Assembly: GCA_041576165.1 (NCBI GenBank) | Contig: JBFGLM010000010.1 | Coordinates: 32,001-96,000 of the forward strand | Reading direction: 5' to 3' | Origin: Acidimicrobiia bacterium | GTDB taxonomy: Bacteria > Actinomycetota > Acidimicrobiia > Spongiisociales > Spongiisociaceae | Length of the DNA stretch: 64,000 nt | Part shown: positions 29,795 to 40,332 of the stretch, in pieces | Layout of the letters: each line of letters begins with the position of its first letter | How positions within the stretch are numbered: position 1 is the first letter of the stretch | Translations under genes and position numbers: made by a program | The notes under the pieces: generated by a model | Database searches by the model: none | Told to the model about the DNA's origin: nothing | Seen by the model: the letters and a program-made list of their open reading frames with translations, nothing else

Positions 29795-30732
29795 CTCCGA
29801 CCACTGGGCCTGCCCGACCTTCGATCGACGCGTATTTGCCGGAATCGGCGGAGCGTTTGCGGCAGCTCTTCGAGCGCCTTGACCGGCACTTTGCGGGCGT
29901 CTGGGCTACTCACCTGTCGCGATTGCTCGCCCGGGACCAGCTCGATGCTCACACTCGATTCTTGGTGCTGACCGCGCAATACACGGTGACCGAACGGACC
30001 GCCCAGTTGGAGGAGAACCTGAATGCGGCGCTGACCGCGGGGGTGCCGGCCTTCGAACTACTCGAGATCATTCTGCAGACGTACGTGTACACCGGGCCGT
30101 GGGTGGTCTCCGGCGCATGCGATGCATTCGAGCGCGTCCTGGCCGGACGGGGCGAGGACGCAGCCAAGCTCTCTCCCGACGTGGGACGTGAGCGCCGGCT
30201 GGACGCCGAGCAGGACACCTGGTCTGACGCCGATCGAGCCGATCCTCGACTGGCTCTACTGCTTGAACGGTATGGCTGGCAGGGCATCTCGAATGGGCTA
30301 CGGCTGCGACCTGGCCATCACATCAACATGCTCGCCACGCTCGACGCACTGGACCCGGAGTTCCTCGAAACCTGGCTAGATGCCGTGTACGAAGGCATGT
30401 ACGGACGGGGAGTGCTGGAGGACCGGATCCGGCTGCTGTGCGTTGTTGGTGCGACGCTGGCACTGGGCGAGACTCACCAATCGCGCCGGCATATGCGCGC
30501 CGCCCTGCGGACCGGCGCCACGCCCAGGGAGGTGTTGGAGGTGATCTTTCTCACAACGGCGTTCTTCGGGCACCCCCACGTCATGCCGGCCGCGTTCGAC
30601 GACCTGGTCTTGATCGCTGACGATGAGGGTCGACTCTCGGAACTGATCGAACCCGGTCGTATTCCCGACGTGATGCGCATCGTTTCCGCCCGGGTGGCCC
30701 GACGCGCCGGGGTCCAGGACGGCATCACGTGA
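29791..30732 (+). CDS. Tandem two-domain CMD/AhpD-like protein
   Basis: Two repeats of R..LD...R.L....AAL..G....E.LE.I. Confidence 0.78.
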   Translation: MTPTTGPARPSIDAYLPESAERLRQLFERLDRHFAGVWATHLSRLLARDQLDAHTRFLVLTAQYTVTERTAQLEENLNAALTAGVPAFELLEIILQTYVYTGPWVVSGACDAFERVLAGRGEDAAKLSPDVGRERRLDAEQDTWSDADRADPRLALLLERYGWQGISNGLRLRPGHHINMLATLDALDPEFLETWLDAVYEGMYGRGVLEDRIRLLCVVGATLALGETHQSRRHMRAALRTGATPREVLEVIFLTTAFFGHPHVMPAAFDDLVLIADDEGRLSELIEPGRIPDVMRIVSARVARRAGVQDGIT

Positions 30733-30930
30733 TCGAGCTCTGAATCCCGGCCCCGCTTGGTGGGTCCAACCGGATGGGTCCTGGACAGGCGCGAGCGTGG
30801 TTTCCTCCCTGAGCGGGGGAGGTGGGTGAGGCGACCGTAGGGAGCCGAACCCGGAGGGGGAGCGCGGCCTGGCGATCTAGATGCGCCCTTCCTGAGATTT
30901 CTCCCGGATCTGGGGTCAGGGGTCTAGAAA

Positions 30931-30967
30931 TGTCGTGCCGGTCCGGTATGATCGAACACATGTTCGA
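30931..30967 (+). promoter_or_regulatory. PafBC/RecA-NDp-type promoter plus LexA SOS box
   Basis: TGTCGT-N10-TATGAT, then TCGAACACATGTTCGA (30952-30967). Confidence 0.8.
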
Positions 30968-32108
30968 CATACGGAAACGGCCAACCGAGACCGGCGAACG
31001 CACCCTCGATTCGCTCGAACAGGAACTGGTTGCGCTGGAAGGCCTGATCGGCCAAGCCCGCTCCCGCCAAACCGTGTTGATCGCCGAACTGGACCGGGCG
31101 CAGGTGGCCACCGCCGATGGGTGCCGCAGCCTGCAGGAATGGGTAACCGGCCGCCTCGACGTGTCGGCCGCCACCGCCAAGGAGTTGGTTGCCGTATGCC
31201 ACACCGCCCCGGACATGGTCACCGACGGGCTCCAGGCGGGAACCATGTCGTTTGACCGGGCGGTGGCCACCTCCCACCTCGCCGCCCAGGTGGCGGACGA
31301 CGACGTGCTGGAGGGGTCGCTGGGTTGGGATATCGCCGGGGTGCGCCGCCTGGCCGCCAAACACCGCCGCCTCACCCCCACCGACGAACCCAACGCCCAC
31401 GCCTCCCGCGGTCTGTCGATCCAGCCGTCCTTGGACAACCAGACGGCCACTCTGTGGGCCACCCTGGTCGGCCCTGACGCCACCACCGTGCTCGACGGCC
31501 TCCTGGCGGTGGCCGATGACCTGCCGCTGCTCCCGGACGGCACCCGGGACAGCTTGTCGCGCCGCCAGGCCGACGCTCTCGTCGCGCTCTGCGCCCACGC
31601 CCTCACCACAGACGAAAACGGCCCGTCAGGGGGTGATCGGGGTCCGACGCTGCTGGTCACCACCGACCTCGACCACTTGGTAGCAACCGGCGGTCAGGTC
31701 GGCGCCGAGGTCGTCGGTGGGTTACGTATCGGCCTCCAACGGCTGGAGGAGGTCTTCTGCAACGGGATTGTGAACCTCAACCTGCGGCTCACCGACGGTC
31801 GTATCCTCGCGGCCGATGGGCATCAGCCGATCCCGCCCCGCACCCGCCAACACGTGTTAGCCCGGGACGGGGCCTGCACCGCGGCGGGCTGTCGCAGTCG
31901 GCACCGCCTCCAAGTCCACCACATCACTCCCCGCAGCCAAGGCGGCAGCCACCACCCCGACAATCTCACCACCGTTTGCTGGTATCACCATCATGTTGTC
32001 ATTCACGGCATGGGCTACCAGATCGACCCGGCATCGCCACCCGGACGACGAAGATTCCTCAACCCGGCGACCAGCACCACCGGCCCCGGCCCACCCCAAC
32101 CGGGGTGA
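30960..32108 (+). CDS. DUF222 domain HNH endonuclease
   Basis: RDGACTAAGC..QVHHI..GG..NL..VC.YHH; close paralog of 13408-14556. Confidence 0.9.
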   Translation: MFDIRKRPTETGERTLDSLEQELVALEGLIGQARSRQTVLIAELDRAQVATADGCRSLQEWVTGRLDVSAATAKELVAVCHTAPDMVTDGLQAGTMSFDRAVATSHLAAQVADDDVLEGSLGWDIAGVRRLAAKHRRLTPTDEPNAHASRGLSIQPSLDNQTATLWATLVGPDATTVLDGLLAVADDLPLLPDGTRDSLSRRQADALVALCAHALTTDENGPSGGDRGPTLLVTTDLDHLVATGGQVGAEVVGGLRIGLQRLEEVFCNGIVNLNLRLTDGRILAADGHQPIPPRTRQHVLARDGACTAAGCRSRHRLQVHHITPRSQGGSHHPDNLTTVCWYHHHVVIHGMGYQIDPASPPGRRRFLNPATSTTGPGPPQPG

Positions 32109-32289
32109 TGCGCCGGCATGACTCCTCCGATCTAAGACCAAGCCCCAGTCCGACACCATTCAGAAGCGCCCAACCCGCCACCCGGCGGGACACCGGCGCG
32201 ATCGTGCCCCTGGGTTGCGAATCTTCGGCGGCCGCTGCTGTCGACCCCTAGACTCGTGGCGCTCAGTCATCGCCGTCCGCCGAGGGTTC

Positions 32290-33963
32290 GTGCCGTCCAG
32301 CCACCCAATCTTCGATCTCAGCGATCGCGCCACCGACCGGATCGCAGCCCTGGCTCCCACGTGGGCGACGTACTGTGGCATCGCCGGGCACGATCACGAA
32401 CTCGATGACCTGTCACCAGAGGGATTTGAGCAGCGTCACGACGTTGTGCGCGATCTCAGAATGGAGCTGACCCGCCTGCCCGTGGCCACCGAGCGCGACG
32501 CTCGCCTGGCGACGGCAGTGTTCGATGCGTTGACGGCTGAGATGGCCGAGGAATATGACCGGGGCGAACATCGTCGCGACATTTCGCATTCGGCCAGCGC
32601 CCTGGCGCTCGTTCGCGAGACTATCGACGCCCAGGATCGCAGTGACGCCGCCGGGTGGCGCAACATCGCCCGGCGCCTGGCTGCGATGGATGAATTCAAT
32701 GAAGGCTGGCGGCGCTCGATCGCGGAGGGGCTCGACCGGGGGGAACTCGTCGCACAGCGCCAGGTCGAGTCGCTGATACGCCAGCTACGCGCGGCGATCG
32801 CGCCGGACGGGACCTACAGCACTGTGATTGCGGGCTACGACGGAGATGATGACGCGCTCCGGGCCGACCTAGACCGCGGGTTGGTGGTGACCGGCCGAGC
32901 GTGTGAAGAGACGGTCCGCTGGCTGGAGGAAACGTACCTCCCGGTGGCGCCTGAGGAAGACGGTGTTGGTCGCGATGAATATCTGATCCAGGCCCGTCGT
33001 CACCTGGGGACCGACGTCGACGTCGACGAGGCGTATGCATGGGCGTGGGGCGAGATCGATGGTTTGTACCGCCGCATGGTCGCGGTTGCCAACGACATCG
33101 ATCCCACGGCCGGCCTGCCGGAGGTGGTCGAGCAGCTCAGGACCGATCCTGCAATGGCCGCTCCCACCCAGGCTGCGTTCATCGCGCAGATGCTCGAACG
33201 CCAGCAGCAAGCCATTGAACTCCTGGACGGCTCCCATTTCGACCTTCCCGACGAGATCCGACAAGTGGAAGTTCGGCTCGCCGCACCCGGCAGTCCGCTT
33301 GGGGCGTGGTACATAGGTCCCAGCGAAGATTTCGAGCGACCCGGCAGTCTTTGGTGGTCGATCGGCTCCAAGGAACCGGTCCCGCTGTGGGAAGAGGTCT
33401 CGACGGCCTACCACGAGGGGTTTCCGGGCCATCACATGCAGATCGGGCTGCAGATGACCATGGCCGACCGCCTCAGTCGCCTACATCGACTGCTGTACTG
33501 GAAAGCCGGAGCCGGGGAAGGTTGGGCGCTCTACGCCGAGCGGCTCATGGATGAGATCGGGTTCCTCGATCAGCCGATGTACGTCCTCGGCTACTTGGCG
33601 TCGACGATGCTGCGTGCTTGCCGGGTCGTCATTGACATCGGTTGCCACCTCGGGCTGAGCATTCCGGGCGGTGTCCGGTTCCACCCGGGTGAACGCTGGC
33701 GCTATGAGCTCGCGGTCGAGATGCTCACCGACGTTGCGATGCTCGATCGCGACGTGGCGGAGTCGGAGGCGACACGCTACCTCGGCTGGCCCGGCCAGGC
33801 GATCAGCTACAAGCTCGGAGAACGCACGATCATCGATTTGCGGGACGAGCTTCAGGTCGGATCGTCTCTCGACCCAAAGCTGTTCCACGACCGTATCCTG
33901 AGCGCCGGGTCGGTCGGTCTCGACCTGCTCCGGTCGGTGGTCCGCGGAGAGCTCGATGGCTGA
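32290..33963 (+). CDS. DUF885 family protein
   Basis: YHEGFPGHH.Q, EGWALYAE, RY..WPGQA.SYK.GE; no signal peptide; start approximate. Confidence 0.88.
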   Translation: MPSSHPIFDLSDRATDRIAALAPTWATYCGIAGHDHELDDLSPEGFEQRHDVVRDLRMELTRLPVATERDARLATAVFDALTAEMAEEYDRGEHRRDISHSASALALVRETIDAQDRSDAAGWRNIARRLAAMDEFNEGWRRSIAEGLDRGELVAQRQVESLIRQLRAAIAPDGTYSTVIAGYDGDDDALRADLDRGLVVTGRACEETVRWLEETYLPVAPEEDGVGRDEYLIQARRHLGTDVDVDEAYAWAWGEIDGLYRRMVAVANDIDPTAGLPEVVEQLRTDPAMAAPTQAAFIAQMLERQQQAIELLDGSHFDLPDEIRQVEVRLAAPGSPLGAWYIGPSEDFERPGSLWWSIGSKEPVPLWEEVSTAYHEGFPGHHMQIGLQMTMADRLSRLHRLLYWKAGAGEGWALYAERLMDEIGFLDQPMYVLGYLASTMLRACRVVIDIGCHLGLSIPGGVRFHPGERWRYELAVEMLTDVAMLDRDVAESEATRYLGWPGQAISYKLGERTIIDLRDELQVGSSLDPKLFHDRILSAGSVGLDLLRSVVRGELDG

Positions 33964-34029
33964 GCATTTCGCCCGGCTCGCGCCCGTCCTTTCGTCCACT
34001 GAAGCGGCCTCCCGTTGCGCCCGGCGGGC

Positions 34030-34962
34030 ATGAAACGGGTCGTGGTTCCCGAGTTTCTTCCCCAGACGGAGCTCAGCCGCTTGCGTGCCCGGTTCGATGT
34101 GGTCTACGACCCGGATCTTTATCGCGACCGCCCGGCACTGCTGCGGCAACTCTCAGGAGCAGCCGCCATCGTCGTTCGCAACCGCACGCAGGTCGATGCC
34201 GGGTTGCTGTCGGTGGCGGCGGATCTGGAGATGATCGGCCGTCTCGGTGTGGGCCTAGACAATATCGACACCCGCGCCTGCGCCGAGGCCGGAGTCACCG
34301 TCATCCCGGCGGTCGGCGCGAACGCGGTGTCGGTTGCCGAATACGTGATTGGAGCCATGCTGGTGCTGCTTCGACCCGTATTTGGCATGACCGCGGACAT
34401 GGTTGCTGGCGTATGGCCCCGCCAGGGCCATGCTTTTGGGCGGGAACTGAGCGGCCAGACTCTGGGTCTGGTGGGCTATGGATCGATCGCCCGGCAGGTG
34501 GCGCTCCGGGCGGCGGCCCTGGACATGCGGGTGATGGCATGCGATCCGCATGTCCCTCACGAGGATCCGGCTTGGACAGTGGTGGAACGCCAGGATCTGG
34601 ACGAGTTACTCGCCGCCGCCGATGTCGTGACGATCCACGTTGCTCTGACCGACCAGACCCGGCATCTGATAGATGGGAGGGCGTTGCGGCTGATGAAGCC
34701 GACTGCGGTCGTGATCAACACGTCGCGGGGTCGTGTCGTCGACGAAGCTGCCCTCGTTGGTGCGTTGCAACGAGGCGAACTCGCCGGGGCTGCGCTGGAT
34801 GTCTTCGAGGTGGAACCGCTCGGGCCGGATCAGGCCCGACGGTTCGCAGGAATCGACAATCTCATACTCACTCCTCACCTCGCGGGCAACACGGACGAGT
34901 CGGTCGAGCGGGTAGCGCGGATGATCGTGGATGAGGTGCTCGCCCGCGTTGGCGACCGATAG
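34030..34962 (+). CDS. D-isomer-specific 2-hydroxyacid dehydrogenase (SerA/SlcC-like)
   Basis: GRLGVGLDNID, G.VGYG.I, NTSRG, LDVFE.EP, TPH.AG. Confidence 0.9.
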   Translation: MKRVVVPEFLPQTELSRLRARFDVVYDPDLYRDRPALLRQLSGAAAIVVRNRTQVDAGLLSVAADLEMIGRLGVGLDNIDTRACAEAGVTVIPAVGANAVSVAEYVIGAMLVLLRPVFGMTADMVAGVWPRQGHAFGRELSGQTLGLVGYGSIARQVALRAAALDMRVMACDPHVPHEDPAWTVVERQDLDELLAAADVVTIHVALTDQTRHLIDGRALRLMKPTAVVINTSRGRVVDEAALVGALQRGELAGAALDVFEVEPLGPDQARRFAGIDNLILTPHLAGNTDESVERVARMIVDEVLARVGDR

Positions 34963-34965
34963 GCA

Positions 34966-35739
34966 TCACCACATATCAGCGAAGTCGGCCTTGACGGATT
35001 CGAGACCGGCGGCCACCAGCTTCACATCGTTGGTGGGACTGATCACAGTGCAGCCTCTGTTCACAAGCATCGAGGCGTACTCGGGAGTGGGCGTGACCGC
35101 GCCCCAGTGCTTCCCGTGCGCTCGACAGGCGGCAGCCACCCGGTCGATCGCCGCCAGGCACCGGTCGTGCATGATGTCTCCCGTCACCCCGAGAGCCTGC
35201 CCGAGGTCCGACGGGCCGATGAACAGCAGGTCGACACCGTCGATGGCGGCGATCTCATCCGCCTCATCGACGGCCTGCGCAGTCTCGATCTGGATCGCGA
35301 CCATCGTGTTCCGGTTGGCCCGCTCGGCGAACTCGGCCAGCGGTTCCGACCCGAACCCCCCGTCGTGTCCCAGCGGGTTGAGTCCGCGCCGTCCTCGCGG
35401 CGCGAACTTCGACCACTGCACGAACTCTTCGGCGTGTACCGCCGACCGGATCTGGGCTGCCATCACTCCCGTGGCGCCGCTCTCGAAGCACCGCGTGACT
35501 GTGGCGTAGTCGGTGGGTGGCACGCGCACGAACGCCTCCAACCCGTGAGCACGTCCGGCGGCTACCGCGGCTTCGATGTCGTGCACGGTCAGCCCGGCAT
35601 GTTCAACGTCGATCCAAAAACCGTCGAACACGCCCATCATGCCCAGGTACTGCACGACGTTGGGGTGAAACATGCGCCCGACCGAGAACACCACCACCTG
35701 GTGTCCAGATTGGATTCGTTCCTTCAATGCTCTCCGCAA
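34966..35739 (-). CDS. HpcH/HpaI class II aldolase family
   Basis: IDVEH, FVRVP, QIET, FIGPSDL. Confidence 0.88.
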   Translation of the reverse strand: MRRALKERIQSGHQVVVFSVGRMFHPNVVQYLGMMGVFDGFWIDVEHAGLTVHDIEAAVAAGRAHGLEAFVRVPPTDYATVTRCFESGATGVMAAQIRSAVHAEEFVQWSKFAPRGRRGLNPLGHDGGFGSEPLAEFAERANRNTMVAIQIETAQAVDEADEIAAIDGVDLLFIGPSDLGQALGVTGDIMHDRCLAAIDRVAAACRAHGKHWGAVTPTPEYASMLVNRGCTVISPTNDVKLVAAGLESVKADFADMW

Positions 35740-35868
35740 TTTGGTGCCATTCCAGTTCGGTCATCCCGGCTCGGCGGTCTCAGTCCGACGAACCTCCCGA
35801 TCCGGGGCTTGCGCCAGGGAGGCTACCTCTGTCGGGCGGCGCAGAGGTGTGCTGGTTCGACGCTCGCG

Positions 35869-35902
35869 AAAAAGGGGCGGAGCCGGTCACCGGCTCCGCC
35901 CC
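35869..35902 (-). terminator. Intrinsic terminator of the lipoprotein gene
   Basis: Long GC stem followed by T5 on the minus strand. Confidence 0.85.
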
Positions 35903-35913
35903 AACCACGCTGC

Positions 35914-36345
35914 TCAGTTCATCAACAGTTCCACGGAGCGACGCAGAGAATCCCAAGCTTGCTGCAGCTCAGGCTCGACCTCGTCGCCGAGAGACTCCAG
36001 CGTCAATTCGAACTCCTGTAGTTCAGCTTCGAGATTGGGCAGCCCCAGCGTCCCGTCCTCGACCGAAGTGACAGCCTCGGTGATCTCGGCCGAGAGCGCC
36101 GTCCACGCTTCGTTCAGTTCCTCCGCAGCAGCGGACTCCTGAATCTCGTTCGCCAGTTCGTTTACTTCGGCTTGAACCTCGGCGACCGCGCCGGCCGCGT
36201 TGAATTCGCCGGTCTCCGCCGCCGACTCGAGAGTGGTGTTGGTGGCGCCGGTAGTCGTTGTATCGCCTTCGGACGGTGAGTCGCCGCAGGCGGCAATAAG
36301 CATGAGGGCGGCCACCGCGAGGGCCACGAATCGCACGATCCTCAT
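35914..36345 (-). CDS. Small acidic helical lipoprotein, unknown function
   Basis: AGAAAGGAG RBS; lipobox LIAAC; Thr linker; amphipathic helices. Confidence 0.8.
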   Translation of the reverse strand: MRIVRFVALAVAALMLIAACGDSPSEGDTTTTGATNTTLESAAETGEFNAAGAVAEVQAEVNELANEIQESAAAEELNEAWTALSAEITEAVTSVEDGTLGLPNLEAELQEFELTLESLGDEVEPELQQAWDSLRRSVELLMN

Positions 36346-36483
36346 GGTGAACTCCTTTCTAGCTACATCCGTTGTCAGAACGGGCCACCCCTCAGGGGCG
36401 GCCGCACATATCGACATACCCGGTCGGGGCGACACCCAAACACCCGAGCGCCATACTGTGAACGCCCTCAGAGTGGACAGGTC

Positions 36484-37566
36484 GTGAAAAGACGAGATCT
36501 CGGTTTAGCGGTAGTGGGTTCAGGTCGCATTGGATCACTGCGGGCACGACTGGCGTCCCAGCATCCCGCCGTCAGTTTCCTGGCAGTGTCGGACCGGGAT
36601 CCAGGCGCGGCCCAAACGCTCAGAGATGCGGTGGGAGCTGACTTGTGGTCGGCCGAGAGTCGCGAGGTGATCTCCCACGGGGAAGTCACGTGCGTAATCG
36701 TTTCGACCAGCGAGGGCGAGCACGTCGACGCGGTCCTCGCCGCCCTGGAGTTGGGCAAACCGGTATTGGTCGAGAAGCCCATTGCCCTCACCCTGCCGGA
36801 CGCCGATCGCATGGTTGCTGCCGCCCGGGCATCCGGCGGTCAGCTGCGAGTGGGATACAGCCGGCGGTTCCGCAAGCGATATCACGTTGCCAAAGAGCAG
36901 ATCGAGCAGGGCCGCATGGGTCGGCTACTGGGCGGCGCAGCCCGCGTGTACAACTCTCGGTCGCAGGCGTTCGCTATATTGGAGCGCAACCCTCGCGCAA
37001 CGCCGGTCGTGGACGCCCTCACCTACTACGTGGACCTCATGAACTGGTTTCTCGCAGATCGGCACCTGGTCGAGGTCCGGGCCGTGGGACGTCGCGGGGT
37101 GTTGGAGGCGGCCGGTCACAACACCGATGATCTGACATGGTCCATCCTGACCTACGATGACGGCGCCGTCGTCAATCTGGGAGTGTGTTACGCGCTACCC
37201 GAGAAATATCCGGCGCTCGGACATGCGGCCCGCGTTGAGCTGCTCGGGACCGAGGGCGTGATGTTGCTCGACGACGACCACACGGATCAGGTGATGTACT
37301 CGGAGCGTGGGGTCCCGCATGTGTACCTGCCCGATCACACCGTGAATGCGGTCTTCTTGTCCGCCGGTACACCTGGGGAGTGGGCGTTGGGTGATTTCAT
37401 CGGTCCGGTTGCGGCGGAGACCCGCGCCTGGCTGGATCACTTGTCCACCGACAGGCCCTGCCACTTGGCGACGGCCGACGAAGCCCGGGCAACGCTCGAG
37501 GCGACGCTGGCGATAGAACGGGCTGCCGGTTCTGGGGAGACGGTCCTCCTGCCGATCGACGCGTGA
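36484..37566 (+). CDS. Gfo/Idh/MocA oxidoreductase (group B)
   Basis: AVVGSGRIG, VEKP, GYSRRF, DDDHTD. Confidence 0.9.
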   Translation: MKRRDLGLAVVGSGRIGSLRARLASQHPAVSFLAVSDRDPGAAQTLRDAVGADLWSAESREVISHGEVTCVIVSTSEGEHVDAVLAALELGKPVLVEKPIALTLPDADRMVAAARASGGQLRVGYSRRFRKRYHVAKEQIEQGRMGRLLGGAARVYNSRSQAFAILERNPRATPVVDALTYYVDLMNWFLADRHLVEVRAVGRRGVLEAAGHNTDDLTWSILTYDDGAVVNLGVCYALPEKYPALGHAARVELLGTEGVMLLDDDHTDQVMYSERGVPHVYLPDHTVNAVFLSAGTPGEWALGDFIGPVAAETRAWLDHLSTDRPCHLATADEARATLEATLAIERAAGSGETVLLPIDA

Positions 37567-38618
37567 GCACCCGGTCGCCGTATGATGCCCGCTCCGCACG
37601 AGAGGTGACGCAGCTGAAGATCGACGTTCACGCCCACGCGATCGAGCCATCCGCATTGGCAGAAATGGCCTCTTCCCATCCCGACTGGGGCCCGGTGCTC
37701 GTGGCAGACGAGGATCGTAAATACCTGCAATACCCGGGACGAGCGCGCCTCGGTCCCTTGCCGGATTCGATCTTCGACCCGGAGCTGCGACTCGCGGCAA
37801 TGAGCCGGCAACGGGTCGATCGCCAGATCATCGCGATCCCTCCACCCAACTTCCACTATCACATCCCAGGAGCGGCGGGGAACGATTTCGCCCGCATTCA
37901 GAACGACCACCTCGTCCGCTTGTGTGAGTCGAATCCGGATCGCTTTCACGCCTTTGCGGCATTGCCGTTGCAGGACATCGAGGCCTCACTCAGCGAGATC
38001 GATCGGATTGCCGGGTTCCCTTTGGTGCGAGGAGTACAGATCGGTACGAACGTCAACGGGATGGAGATGGACGACCCCGCGCTGGGACCCGTGTGGGATG
38101 CGCTGCAAGCGAACGATCTTCCTGTTTGGTTCCATCCCGACCAGCGGTCGATCGCCGGCTCAGACCGGTTGTCCGACTATTACCTGCAGAATTTCATCGG
38201 CCTTCCGCTCGAGTCGACCATTGCCGCAGCCCGCCTGATTTTCGGTGGGGTTATGGTGCGCTTTCCGGCGCTCCGCTTCGGCTTCGTACACGGGGGCGGC
38301 TTCGCCCCGTACCAGATCGGCCGCCTCGATCACGGCTGGCACGTTCGGCCTGAGCCCAAACAGCACCTCGCCGACCCCAAGCCGAGCGAGTTGTACCGGC
38401 GATTCTTCATCGATTCGCTCACACACGATGCGGCCTCCCTCGAGCTGTTGGGGAGAAGAGTCGGGTGGGATCAGGTGGTCCTGGGCAGTGACTTTCCATT
38501 CGACATGGCCTCGACCGACCCGGTCGGAGGCGTCGAAGCCGTCGATATGACCGATGCCGAACGCCAGGCTGTGTTCAGCGGTAACGCCGAGCGCTTCCTG
38601 CGCCCGCTCGCTGGGTGA
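37563..38618 (+). CDS. Amidohydrolase-2 family #6
   Basis: DVHAH, FHP, HGGG, GSDFPFDM. Confidence 0.9.
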   Translation: MSTRSPYDARSAREVTQLKIDVHAHAIEPSALAEMASSHPDWGPVLVADEDRKYLQYPGRARLGPLPDSIFDPELRLAAMSRQRVDRQIIAIPPPNFHYHIPGAAGNDFARIQNDHLVRLCESNPDRFHAFAALPLQDIEASLSEIDRIAGFPLVRGVQIGTNVNGMEMDDPALGPVWDALQANDLPVWFHPDQRSIAGSDRLSDYYLQNFIGLPLESTIAAARLIFGGVMVRFPALRFGFVHGGGFAPYQIGRLDHGWHVRPEPKQHLADPKPSELYRRFFIDSLTHDAASLELLGRRVGWDQVVLGSDFPFDMASTDPVGGVEAVDMTDAERQAVFSGNAERFLRPLAG

Positions 38619-39547
38619 GCCCCGTGCGGACGTCTTTCATAGGAGATCTCGAAGTTTCTGTCATCGGGCTCGGCTGCAACAACTTCGGTCGGGCGCTCGA
38701 TCTCGACGGCACCAAAGCGGTGGTCAACGCCGCGCTCGAAGCCGGCATCACCTTCTTCGACACGGCCGCCAACTACGGGGGCGGGCAGTCGGAGGCACTG
38801 TTGGGTGTTGCGCTCGGCTCGCGTCGGCGCGACGTGATTCTGGCCACCAAGTTCGGAATCCCCCGGCCTGACGAAGGCTCGGCCGGCGCGTCGCCCGAGT
38901 ACATTCGCGGTTCTGTTGAGCGGAGCTTGCGGGCATTGAACACAGATGTGCTCGATCTGTATCAGATCCACGAGCCCGACCCGGACGTACCCATCGCAGA
39001 GACTCTCGGTGCCCTGTGGGAGCTGCAGGCAGCGGGGAAGGTCCGCGAAATCGGCTGCTCCAACTTCGACGTGGCTCAGACGGCGGCGGCGCTGGCGCAT
39101 TCCGACGACTCCAACCGCCCTCGATTCGTGAGCAATCAGGTCCACTACAGCCTCGTGCACCGGGAACCTGAAAGCACCGGGCTCGCTCACCTCTGTCTCA
39201 GCGAGCGCGTCGCGCTGCTGCCGTATTATCCGCTGGCGAGCGGACTGCTCACCGGGAAAGCCCAGCGAGGAACGGTGCCGGAGGGACGGCTGAGCATGGA
39301 TCGCTATCAGCGTTTCCTCACAGACCGGAACTTCACCGTGGCCGAGACGCTCGTCGTCTTCGCCCAGGCCCGGGGCATCACCCCCGGGCAGGCTGCCCTG
39401 GCGTGGTTGCTCTCCCGTCCGGCCGTCCCAGCGGTGACCCCGGGGGCGACGAAACCCGACCAGGTCGCGGCCAACGCGGCAGCCTCCAGAGTCCGCCTCG
39501 GAGACGGCGACATCGCAGATCTAGACGCCCTTGTAGGTTCTGCCTGA
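38615..39547 (+). CDS. Aldo/keto reductase
   Basis: GLGCNNFG, FFDTA..Y, ATKFG, DLYQIH.PD, IGCSN. Confidence 0.92.
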   Translation: MSPVRTSFIGDLEVSVIGLGCNNFGRALDLDGTKAVVNAALEAGITFFDTAANYGGGQSEALLGVALGSRRRDVILATKFGIPRPDEGSAGASPEYIRGSVERSLRALNTDVLDLYQIHEPDPDVPIAETLGALWELQAAGKVREIGCSNFDVAQTAAALAHSDDSNRPRFVSNQVHYSLVHREPESTGLAHLCLSERVALLPYYPLASGLLTGKAQRGTVPEGRLSMDRYQRFLTDRNFTVAETLVVFAQARGITPGQAALAWLLSRPAVPAVTPGATKPDQVAANAAASRVRLGDGDIADLDALVGSA

Positions 39548-40326
39548 TGCACGCGTACCCAAGATCCGACGCCGACCCCCGGCCGCGAGGTCTGTTGGAG
39601 CGGACCGTCACAGTGCTTGAGGCTGTCACCGCGGCGGGCGTGCCCGTCGGGCCTCGGGGCCTGGCTCGGGCAACTGGGGTCGATCGGAGCGCGGTCAGCC
39701 GCATACTGCAGCAGCTCACCGACCTCGGTGTCCTCGAGCGCAACGTATCCGGGTACGTCCCGGGGAGCCGGCTGTTCACAATGGCCAGGTTGCTGGTGTC
39801 GCTCGACAACCTTCCGACTGCGGCCAACGCAGTGCTCAAAGATCTCGTCGCTCGTTTCGATGAGACGTGCTACGTCTGCGTGCGCCACGGTGACACGGCC
39901 GTCTTCCTGTACGAGGCGCAGAGCTCCAAACCTCTTCGGTATGTGGTCGACCTTGGCCGGCCGGTGCCGCTCCATGCGGGCGCCGCCGGGCGGGCCATCC
40001 TGGCGGGAATGGACGAACATGAAAGGGTCGAGGCTCTCGCACACACCCGGCTCGTTGCTCTGACGGCGGCCACCATCACGGAGCCAGCGAAGCTGATCGA
40101 TCTGGCCAACTCGGATGCAGTCCGCGGCTACAGCGCAAGCTTTGCGGAGCGGGTCGAGGGTGGAGTAGCGATCGGGTCGCCTTTCTTCGATCACACGAGC
40201 ACATGCGCGGGCTCTGTCGTTTTTACCGCGCCGATCAATCGCGTCCCGGCCGGGCGGGTAGACGAGATCGGACGAGCGGTCGCCCAGGGTGCGGCCGTGC
40301 TGTCAGCTCGCTTGGGCAGGAGCTGA
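39547..40326 (+). CDS. IclR family transcriptional regulator
   Basis: N-terminal HTH; G...PLHAGAAGRAILA; T..TIT; RGYS. Confidence 0.88.
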   Translation: MHAYPRSDADPRPRGLLERTVTVLEAVTAAGVPVGPRGLARATGVDRSAVSRILQQLTDLGVLERNVSGYVPGSRLFTMARLLVSLDNLPTAANAVLKDLVARFDETCYVCVRHGDTAVFLYEAQSSKPLRYVVDLGRPVPLHAGAAGRAILAGMDEHERVEALAHTRLVALTAATITEPAKLIDLANSDAVRGYSASFAERVEGGVAIGSPFFDHTSTCAGSVVFTAPINRVPAGRVDEIGRAVAQGAAVLSARLGRS

Positions 40327-40332
40327 CGCAGA

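Larger units (their letters stand above)
30803..32200 (+). mobile_element. DUF222-HNH unit, copy 2, with conserved non-coding ends
   Basis: Aligns end to end with 13239-14641. Confidence 0.6.

Noticed and set aside
30822-30959. N-terminal extension of HNH copy 2 given in the ORF track
   Set aside because: Not conserved as protein in copy 1, and it covers the promoter and SOS box; the start is likely 30960
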